From Candidatus Helarchaeota archaeon (GTDB taxonomy: Archaea > Asgardarchaeota > Lokiarchaeia > Helarchaeales > RDOG01): 21,872 nucleotides of DNA. The notes under the pieces were generated by a model. That model worked only from the letters and a program-made list of their open reading frames with translations. It was not told the origin of the DNA and made no database searches. A program made the translations under genes and the position numbers. The stretch's first letter is position 1; each line of letters opens with the position of its first letter. Below are positions 15,006 to 21,872 of the stretch, piece after piece. The stretch spans positions 1-21,872 of the forward strand of contig JALGVI010000050.1 of the NCBI GenBank assembly GCA_029838215.1. The letters run 5' to 3'.

Positions 15006-16237
15006 ATCCAATCCCCCGTTGCCAGTTTTGTCGGCAAGTAAGTTTCTGTAAGGAATTCAATTCCGTGAGAAGAAAGTGCCTGGATTTCGGCTTTCTTTTT
15101 CAGGCTTTTCATCAATTGCAGGTCTTCAACCCATCTGGGATTTTGTTTTACGAATGGTTCTTCAAGCATTTGGTCGCATCGATCTAAATCCGAATCGGAC
15201 ATGTCAAGTCGGCACTCTTTTGGGATCCTGTATGTTTCCAAATCGCGGCTGAGAACGCCAATCAGGTGCATTTTCGGTGTTGCGACAAATGGAGATTCAT
15301 ACGATAGTCTTTTACTCCCCCTCAAATAAACACTGTAAATGTAATGTCCGTATGGATCGGAATCAACCAAACAGAATACAGGCAACGTCAATTCTTTCGA
15401 AAGCTTCCGTAAAAACATTCGCGTGGCGATATCTGCCGATCCTTTTCCCGTTAGAATTATGCAGGGATAATCATTCCACCATTTTTCTTCAGAAAGTCGG
15501 ATGAGCGCTGCATCCTTTTCGACTACAAGTATGAATTCGGCATCAGACTCGACAATTTCAATGGTATCGAGCATGGGTGTAATGCTCCAGCCACCCGTCC
15601 CTAATTTTTGAAGGTCAATCACGTCTCCTGCATTTCGAATCTTTAGACGCCCTATACACATGCCCTTTGCAGAAGCAATGACGTGAGTGGAGTTCCGGAT
15701 GCACCGCAGCATTGCTGCCATATCTTCAATGCTTTTATCGCTATTTTTCTGGTCTTGATAGAGACCCGCTGCCATGTAATACATTTCACGCTTTGTTGTA
15801 TGCTTGTTCTTGACAAGAATTTCATTCGTATCCCGAAGTATTCGTATCAATCTCGTTGCATCCATTACACTCCCAAGATGGTGAAATGGTCTCTGCGTGA
15901 TTTGTTCTCCCAACAGAAGCAAGTCATGTTCTTCATTATAAATGATATTTTTTGATGAGCGGGATGGAATTTCAAAAGTTGGGGACCCGCTTGTAAGAAT
16001 CTCGCGATATATTTTGTCTGCAACATCATAAAGACGTTCTAGCGTGTCCTCACGTCTCAAATCGTCTACTTTAACAACATCGGGAGGCAATTTTGGAATT
16101 GTCGACTCTTCTTCTTCCAACTTTTTTCTTATCATATGTAATTTGAAGAATTTGTTAGAAATTTTGGATATCTTTTCTTTCTTTGAGGTTTTTGAAGTTT
16201 TTTTAACTTTTTTTGGTTTCGGAGTTCGAGCGGACAT
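15002..16237 (-). CDS. top6A: DNA topoisomerase VI subunit A (Spo11 family) with Lys-rich N-terminal tail
   Basis: IPSRSSKNIIY, TTKREMYY (catalytic Tyr motif), VEKDA and DSDPYG TOPRIM motifs, and KKAEIQAL. The start is placed at ATG 16237 because GGAGG lies at 16246-16250; the track start is 16252. Confidence 0.95.
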   Translation of the reverse strand: MSARTPKPKKVKKTSKTSKKEKISKISNKFFKLHMIRKKLEEEESTIPKLPPDVVKVDDLRREDTLERLYDVADKIYREILTSGSPTFEIPSRSSKNIIYNEEHDLLLLGEQITQRPFHHLGSVMDATRLIRILRDTNEILVKNKHTTKREMYYMAAGLYQDQKNSDKSIEDMAAMLRCIRNSTHVIASAKGMCIGRLKIRNAGDVIDLQKLGTGGWSITPMLDTIEIVESDAEFILVVEKDAALIRLSEEKWWNDYPCIILTGKGSADIATRMFLRKLSKELTLPVFCLVDSDPYGHYIYSVYLRGSKRLSYESPFVATPKMHLIGVLSRDLETYRIPKECRLDMSDSDLDRCDQMLEEPFVKQNPRWVEDLQLMKSLKKKAEIQALSSHGIEFLTETYLPTKLATGDWI

Positions 16238-16238
16238 T

Positions 16239-19200
16239 TCATTCGCCTCCATTCATGTCTAAATCGGAATCGGTATCTTCTTGTATGATGATTTCCTCCT
16301 CTTCGTCCAGCATTTCTTCTTGGGTTTCCGCTTCCCCAGGAATCGTGATGATCTCGGGTTCTTCGAATTCTTCTTCTTCGTCTTCGACTTCTTTTGCCAA
16401 TCTCCACACGGGAATTTTTATTCCTTCGACTTCCCTCTTTTCCATTAGAACCCAACCGCGTTCGACGAGATTATTCAAAATTTCGTCAATCATGTGCTTT
16501 GCTACCTTACTCGTGTTTTCAGACAGACCCAGATCTTCCATTATTTCGGACCGATTCTCCCAATGGGTCGATAATATGCTTAAAATGTCTTTTTCGACTT
16601 CTCGCTTGATCGGTTCGGTCAATTTCTCTTCGATCGTGTCTTGGCTAAGACCGTTTTCCTTGTATCGGCCAGATCTTTCGAGAATCGTGCAAAGAGATGC
16701 AGCAAATTCCTTCACGTTACGTAATAGCAAAGATGCACGCCTGGCTCGGCGGCGTTTCTTCTCACGTTTTGTGATATAATTTCTCAATCTACGTCCAACT
16801 TGCTCTATTGCAAGTTTTATCTCTTTCTTGAGGTTTTCATCATCAGCCAACGCTTGTTTCGATTGAGATTTAAACATCACGTGCACGAATGGACCCGACA
16901 CGTTGATGATCACGCGTATCTTTCCTCGAGGTAACCTATTTTCAAACGTGTCTACTTTATAATTCTTCCAATTGACTTCAGCGGCGGCTTTCCAAATTTG
17001 ACAATCGGAATTATCCCTGAGTTTAGGGGTTCTATTGACAAACCTAAAAATAACATCAGTTGCACGCGATGCGGGCTTGATGTCTCCGCCATAAGCAACG
17101 GCGACTTCGACTCCAAAAGCCAGTCCTTTTCCACTGGTCGGGTTTCGCGTTTCGGCATCACAGAAAGCAGGATTAAATTCTTTCTCTATCACTCTAATGA
17201 GGTTTTCAGCACCAACGGGAACAACCGTATCGGTTGGCGGGGCTAAATATTTTTCAGAAATGAAGGACTGATACAATGCATTCACGTGTTCTTCATCAAG
17301 TGAAGAGGGATCAAGCATTTCGAGGCTGTTTGACCCTCCCAACGAATCGTTTGTCTTATCAAGAATTGCTTCAATTTCAGCGGATGAAAGATTTGAAAAA
17401 CTTCGTTTTATTGCAGTCTGGATTTGTTTTGTATTTGCTGTTGACATTATTTCTTTTAGATTATTGAGTGAAATAGAAGCAGGACACTTTGGCAATGTCA
17501 TCATTTCATCATAAAGAACCCTTAGCTCTTTGCCCGTGAGTTCACTTAGAGACTTATCGTTCACGGATGAAAAGCCCAACGCTTTTGTAATCGTTGCGAG
17601 GAGATCATTACGTGCTTTTGACTTGATTTCTTTATACTTATTTCGAAGAATGCTTGAAATTGTCTTGCTTGCATTTTCTTTTAATGTCTTCGTGAAATCA
17701 TCAAATAATATGGTTGGAACAATTTTTTCAAGTTCGGCATGAATGATTTGAGTTTCTTTTTTCTTCAATTCTGAAACAGGAAGAGAGTTCAGACTTTTAT
17801 ATCCGAGTTTTTTGTCAGCGTTCTCAATTATTTTTTTTATCATATTCGTGTTTATTGAACAAAAATCCTTTGATAAGAAATCCGAAAAACTCTTGCCATT
17901 TTCTTTAGCAAGCGTTTTAAATCTCTTGAAACTGATCGAATATGGACAGTTAATTGATTCTCTAACAATTTCTTGTATTGTTTTAATTTCTTCCTTGGAG
18001 ATTTCACCAACTTTCTTTTTCGGCTGCCCGTATTTATTCATGATCTTTTTGACATAATCTCCTGAAACATCCTTGTAATTCTTCTTCAAGTGAGCATCAA
18101 GTTTTTCTTCAGGTGTTTCTTCCATTTTTTTTAGAACGACGTCGGCGGAATTTCTTTGAAAACAGTCCACCTTTGAAGTTATGTTACGATATAATGCCCT
18201 TAATTGCCTATCATCTAATTTATCGGGCGAGACGGAAAAGATGTTTACAGATGTTCCAAGAGCTTTGTTTGCATTTTCGATTATAGTTTTTGCTTTTTTC
18301 TTGCTCATTCGGACAAAATGTTCGGAAAAAAGCGAGACCAAATCAGCATGAGGATTATTTCTCAGGAGTTCTTGAAAATCACCAATGGAAACACTTGATG
18401 GATGGGGTTTTGCGTAATTGGGTTCTTGTGGGAACGATTGAACTTTCCGTGGATAGATCGTGGTGGTTCCGTAGGTATCGATAAATACTATGTTAACATG
18501 TCCATTCAACAGTGCTGTTTGACGAATATATTCATCGGCATAACCACGTATGTATCGTTTATTCTGGTAAAATAGTTTAACATACGTCCCGTGCTTGAAC
18601 CGAGTTCTAAATTCATCGGGTTCTAATTCATATTTCTTTTCATTTTTTTCTGTCGTGTAGAACGCCGAGATGGTTGCAGCAGGTTGACTGGCATGACGAG
18701 TGATGACGACGATCGGTTTTGCACTTGTATTCTGCGCATCTGAGAATGCAGATGATGCACCAAATCCCTGAGATCCTCTCGTTTGTTTTAAATTTTTGCT
18801 CTTTGATGAAGCCAGATATAACCCGAATTTTTCCAGATCTTCCTGTATCATCCCTATTCCGTTATCGAGAATTTCAAAGCAAAACAACCTTACATCTTCA
18901 GACTCATCGAGTGTCTCAACTTTTTCAATCTCGCGCAAGCGTATGATTAAAATGGGCTCTTTATCGATGACATCAAAAACAGGTTCTATGAAGTTGTGAA
19001 ACTGTCTTACCAAAGTCTTTTTCGAAATATCGTGAAAATCAAAATCTTCCAAGACTTTGGAAATTTCGCCTTTTTCATTTTTTTGAGGTGGATTCCACTT
19101 AAAATTAAAGCCCTTGTCAATGCGGTATGCTTTTTCCTTCCAATATGCTGTTTCTATGGCATCCAAGGAATTATCAATAAATTCTACCGCATATTGGGTA

Positions 19201-19955
19201 TGCTTGTGATATCCAAAGTCAAAACCAACAAGTTGGGTTCTTTTTCGCATGAACTCGGCGATTCCTCCTTGTCGAATAACGCCTTTTTCGGTTTTTTCGG
19301 AAACAGATTCTTTCTTGGTTGTTTTGCGTTTCACGATTCTCTTTACGGGAGTTTTTCGCCTCGAATTACGCGCTTTTTTCTTAGGTTGTTTTTCAACAGG
19401 TTTTTCTTTTTTAGTTTCTATTGGCACCGGTTTCTCCTTTGGAGTTTCAACTTCTACTGGAGCTTCTTCAATTACGGGCTCCGACTTCTCTTCCGATTCA
19501 ATTTCAATTTTTGGTTCGGGCATCTTTACTTTCTTGGTAGAGCCCTTTTCAGGTTTTAATTCAACAGAAGCCGCAGGTTGAATTTTTGTAGGAATTTTAT
19601 CTTCAATTGTAAGAGTTTTTTGAATCGGTTTTTGCGTCTTTTTCTTTTTTATTTTTGATGTCTTGACAGGTTTTGACTTTTTTTTCTTGGGTTTTTCTTT
19701 CATAGAAGGTTTTTTCGGGATTTCTTGGACGAGCTTATATCGAGTATCTTTTTTCGCCCCTTTTACCTTAATTTTATCTTGTAATTCAAGCCTTTTTAAT
19801 TGTTTTTTAAATTGGGCACCTATCTTGCGGATCTCTTCTTTCGTCTCGCCTTTCTTTATCACTTTCTTGACCAGATCACCCAGTGATAACCATTCTTTGG
19901 ATGAGCTTAATTCCTCTAAAGTCTGTAAAACGATATCTTGAGTTATTAGGGGCAA
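16239..19955 (-). CDS. top6B: DNA topoisomerase VI subunit B, greatly extended (1238 aa)
   Basis: GHKL motifs VEFIDNSLDA, DNGIG, SSK...QTRGSQGFG and HGTYV; KPHP-H2TH; transducer APPTDTV, EVAVAYGG, RFVNRTP, VNWKNY and FKSQSKQAL. TTG start with GGACGTGA 4 nt upstream. Confidence 0.95.
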   Translation of the reverse strand: MPLITQDIVLQTLEELSSSKEWLSLGDLVKKVIKKGETKEEIRKIGAQFKKQLKRLELQDKIKVKGAKKDTRYKLVQEIPKKPSMKEKPKKKKSKPVKTSKIKKKKTQKPIQKTLTIEDKIPTKIQPAASVELKPEKGSTKKVKMPEPKIEIESEEKSEPVIEEAPVEVETPKEKPVPIETKKEKPVEKQPKKKARNSRRKTPVKRIVKRKTTKKESVSEKTEKGVIRQGGIAEFMRKRTQLVGFDFGYHKHTQYAVEFIDNSLDAIETAYWKEKAYRIDKGFNFKWNPPQKNEKGEISKVLEDFDFHDISKKTLVRQFHNFIEPVFDVIDKEPILIIRLREIEKVETLDESEDVRLFCFEILDNGIGMIQEDLEKFGLYLASSKSKNLKQTRGSQGFGASSAFSDAQNTSAKPIVVITRHASQPAATISAFYTTEKNEKKYELEPDEFRTRFKHGTYVKLFYQNKRYIRGYADEYIRQTALLNGHVNIVFIDTYGTTTIYPRKVQSFPQEPNYAKPHPSSVSIGDFQELLRNNPHADLVSLFSEHFVRMSKKKAKTIIENANKALGTSVNIFSVSPDKLDDRQLRALYRNITSKVDCFQRNSADVVLKKMEETPEEKLDAHLKKNYKDVSGDYVKKIMNKYGQPKKKVGEISKEEIKTIQEIVRESINCPYSISFKRFKTLAKENGKSFSDFLSKDFCSINTNMIKKIIENADKKLGYKSLNSLPVSELKKKETQIIHAELEKIVPTILFDDFTKTLKENASKTISSILRNKYKEIKSKARNDLLATITKALGFSSVNDKSLSELTGKELRVLYDEMMTLPKCPASISLNNLKEIMSTANTKQIQTAIKRSFSNLSSAEIEAILDKTNDSLGGSNSLEMLDPSSLDEEHVNALYQSFISEKYLAPPTDTVVPVGAENLIRVIEKEFNPAFCDAETRNPTSGKGLAFGVEVAVAYGGDIKPASRATDVIFRFVNRTPKLRDNSDCQIWKAAAEVNWKNYKVDTFENRLPRGKIRVIINVSGPFVHVMFKSQSKQALADDENLKKEIKLAIEQVGRRLRNYITKREKKRRRARRASLLLRNVKEFAASLCTILERSGRYKENGLSQDTIEEKLTEPIKREVEKDILSILSTHWENRSEIMEDLGLSENTSKVAKHMIDEILNNLVERGWVLMEKREVEGIKIPVWRLAKEVEDEEEEFEEPEIITIPGEAETQEEMLDEEEEIIIQEDTDSDLDMNGGE
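17241..18401 (-). repeat. Five tandem H2TH-like protein repeats (72-80 aa) inside Top6B, aa 519-905
   Basis: Units start PSSVSIGDF / FQRNSADVV / PYSISFKRF / PTILFDDF / PASISLNNL. They share the F/Y-x2-[MVIL]-S/N/K...K-I-I/M core and end with [LI]-x3-[EQH]-[LIV]-x2-[LI]. Confidence 0.8.
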
Positions 19956-20054
19956 AAAATCACGTCCAAACTCTTCCGGTGAAGATTCAATTCAAACATG
20001 CTATAAACTCACGAAAACTTGTAAATACGTGATCAAAATTGAAGATTTTTTATT

Positions 20055-20070
20055 ATTATAAATTACTTGG
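20055..20070 (-). promoter_or_regulatory. Candidate BRE/TATA of the top6B operon
   Basis: The minus strand reads CCAAGTAA-TTTATAAT about 100 nt upstream of the TTG, implying a leader containing the GGACGTGA RBS-like site. Confidence 0.35.
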
Positions 20071-20123
20071 GAGTCCGAAATTTTTAAAATTTTAGAACAT
20101 CAATTACACGGTACTTACACGGA

Positions 20124-20141
20124 TGTTAAGGAAGCTTAACA
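20124..20141 (-). terminator. Perfect 7-bp stem-loop 4 nt after the coaBC stop
   Basis: Minus strand TGTTAAG-CTTC-CTTAACA. Confidence 0.35.
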
Positions 20142-20145
20142 GATG

Positions 20146-21444
20146 TCATGTCGTGACTGCAGGGGCTTTTTTACCTTGTAAGTCTTCTACAATTTTATCA
20201 ATAATTTCTGATGCAACAAGTGCCTTCTGTTCTAAAGGAATGTGTTTATATGTTTTATCAGGGTTGATTATGTAGATTTCATTAGTTTCATTGACGAATC
20301 CTCGTTTTTCCTTACCCACGTCATTAGCCACCATTAAATTCAGGTTATATTTTATCATTCCCTTATATGCCTTATCAATCATTTCTTTCTCCGTAACGTT
20401 GAATTCAGCCTTAAATGCACAGATGTAAACGTCAGGATCGGTAATGCGGGCTTCTGAAACACATTTCGGCGTGGTTCTAAGCTTGAGTGTCAGACCACCT
20501 GGCTGCTTTGACCGGATTTTTGTACCAGTGTGGTGTTCTTCTGGAGTATAATCAGCGATTGCCGCCGCACAAACGAATGCATCATATTTTGTTTCTTTTA
20601 GTTCGCGAATTACTTCATTAATCAGCTGTTCCGTGCTTTCAATGTTTATTACTTTTACATTTTCATATGCGGGTGGTTCAACGGTTCCCTTGCCATACAC
20701 AATCGTTACAAGATCTGCACCTCGTAACACGGCTTCTTGTGCGATGGCAATGCCCATTCTTCCAGATGAAGGATTGGTAATGAATCGTACTCCATCAATA
20801 TATTCTCGCGTGGGACCTGCCGTGATGAGGATTTTCCTTCCGACCAAGTCCCTTTTTGGAACATTTTTGATAATCTTCATTACATCATTTACGATCTCGT
20901 TAACATGAGCAATCTTGGCTTTATTTTCTTCAATCCTTGGACCGAGAAAGGTCACTCCCAGCTCCTTCAAGGTCAGGATATTCTTTTTGACAATGGGATG
21001 ATTATACATTGAATAATGCATCGCAGGAACAATTACAATGGGAATTTTTGCACCAAATCCAGTCGTCACGACCGTAGTTACGGGAGTATCATCTATTCCA
21101 CAAGCTATTTTAGAGATAGTATTCGCCGTAGCAGGACAAATTAGGAGCAAGTCCACGTTATCCAAGACGTCACCCGCAAGTGCCACGTGTTCCACGCTAC
21201 CCGTGAGTTCGGTAACGACGGGATTTCCCGATGCCCAATGCAACAAGTTCGGATTCATCAATTGTTGTGCGGCCTTCGACATTACTACATACGTTTCAGC
21301 ACCTAATCGCATTAATTCTCGAATGATGTAAACCGTTTGAATAATTGCGACAGATCCCGTGACGCATATGCAAATTTTTTTTCCTGCTAACAAACCCTTG
21401 GGATCCATGATATCCTTAGAAGGATGACGTTTCTGCATGGTCAT
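20146..21444 (-). CDS. coaBC: Bifunctional phosphopantothenoylcysteine decarboxylase / phosphopantothenate--cysteine ligase, archaeal type
   Basis: [75 protein letters not shown] and [10 protein letters not shown]. Confidence 0.95.
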   Translation of the reverse strand: MTMQKRHPSKDIMDPKGLLAGKKICICVTGSVAIIQTVYIIRELMRLGAETYVVMSKAAQQLMNPNLLHWASGNPVVTELTGSVEHVALAGDVLDNVDLLLICPATANTISKIACGIDDTPVTTVVTTGFGAKIPIVIVPAMHYSMYNHPIVKKNILTLKELGVTFLGPRIEENKAKIAHVNEIVNDVMKIIKNVPKRDLVGRKILITAGPTREYIDGVRFITNPSSGRMGIAIAQEAVLRGADLVTIVYGKGTVEPPAYENVKVINIESTEQLINEVIRELKETKYDAFVCAAAIADYTPEEHHTGTKIRSKQPGGLTLKLRTTPKCVSEARITDPDVYICAFKAEFNVTEKEMIDKAYKGMIKYNLNLMVANDVGKEKRGFVNETNEIYIINPDKTYKHIPLEQKALVASEIIDKIVEDLQGKKAPAVTT

Positions 21445-21610
21445 TCAATCCATTTAATGCTCATGTTTTTCTATCATATTACTGATTGAAAATAAGAATA
21501 AATAGTTTACCGTTTTTAAATGGCTGGAAAAAAAATGATAAAAAAAGGAAGAAGATTTTTGAAGTTCTTGTTAAGTTTTCGGTCTTAACGGCATCTAAGA
21601 TCCGGAGTTT

Positions 21611-21872
21611 TTATCTATTGTCCTTTCTCTTTTTCTTTTCTTCTTCATCCTTGTGTAATAGTTCTTTGCCAAATTCCTTGATCGCAGAAATGAACCCTGC
21701 CAATAAGGTCGGGTCCACCGTTTCTTCAATCTTGAAGTTAAAAATATCAGTACTACTGTGCTTGTGGATCACGGTGAGGTATTGCAATTTTGCTAAATCC
21801 TTTACAGGAGCCAAGATTGCTTTCTTTTTGGCGGTTTTTCTTGCCTTCGATTTTCGACGCTGTCGGACAATA
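21611..21872 (-). CDS. 3' end of a gene (5' truncated): basic stretch followed by a partial longin-like domain
   Basis: The frame is open to the window edge: IVRQRRKSKARKTAKKKAILAPVKDLAKLQYLTVIHKHSSTDIFNFKIEETVDPTLLAGFISAIKEFGKELLHKDEEEKKKRKDNR*. Confidence 0.75.
   Translation of the reverse strand, partial: IVRQRRKSKARKTAKKKAILAPVKDLAKLQYLTVIHKHSSTDIFNFKIEETVDPTLLAGFISAIKEFGKELLHKDEEEKKKRKDNR

Noticed and set aside
15006-16252. ORF-track starts at 15011 (TTG) and 16252 (ATG)
   Set aside because: The ATG at 15005 gives an ATGA overlap, and the ATG at 16237 has GGAGG at proper spacing; both are better supported.
17241-19148. Intein as the explanation for Top6B length
   Set aside because: No intein splice-junction (C/S...HN) or LAGLIDADG blocks; the extra sequence is repeats and terminal extensions.
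16132-19941. Several alternative-frame/antisense ORFs within top6A/top6B (e.g. 16213..16779, 18996..19559, 19249..19581, 16132..16455)
   Set aside because: Low-complexity shadows of acidic or Lys-rich coding sequence with no independent motifs.
20146-21444. CoaC domain lacks the usual active-site Cys clamp and has PAMH instead of PxMN
   Set aside because: Already known for archaeal CoaBC (Methanocaldococcus type); not novel and not a pseudogene.
21480-21613. Stop-codon readthrough or frameshift restoring a full longin domain
   Set aside because: Sequence beyond the TAA in all three frames does not resemble the missing longin strands and helices.
1-21872. rRNA, tRNA, CRISPR arrays, IS elements
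   Set aside because: Intergenic gaps are short and AT-rich; no cloverleaf, spaced direct repeats or transposase ORFs were seen.

Overview
AT-rich, gene-dense archaeal window. An Asgard (Loki/Hel-like) origin is inferred from the archaeal-type CoaBC, topoisomerase VI, a VPGF-type C-terminal sorting signal and a longin-like fragment. Left half: a truncated cation diffusion facilitator (CDF) with tandem cytoplasmic domains, a GNAT-Zn-ribbon fusion, a neutral-ceramidase-family hydrolase, a stand-alone 7TM protein, a nucleotidyltransferase with a 56-aa partner gene missed by the ORF track, a Zn-ribbon microprotein, two divergent acyl-CoA ligases, and a 14-blade LVIVD surface protein overlapping a membrane gene. 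Right half: two coiled-coil genes converging on a coupled three-gene operon (top6B-top6A-C2H2 zinc-finger gene), then coaBC and the 3' end of a gene carrying half a longin-like domain. The standout is the 1238-aa Top6B, over twice canonical size. It has an N-terminal winged-helix-like domain plus Lys/Pro-rich tail reminiscent of linker histone H1, an ATPase insertion, five tandem H2TH-like repeats, a second C-terminal winged-helix-like domain and an acidic tail. All domain calls are by eye from motifs; no searches were run. No rRNA, tRNA, CRISPR array or transposase was seen.
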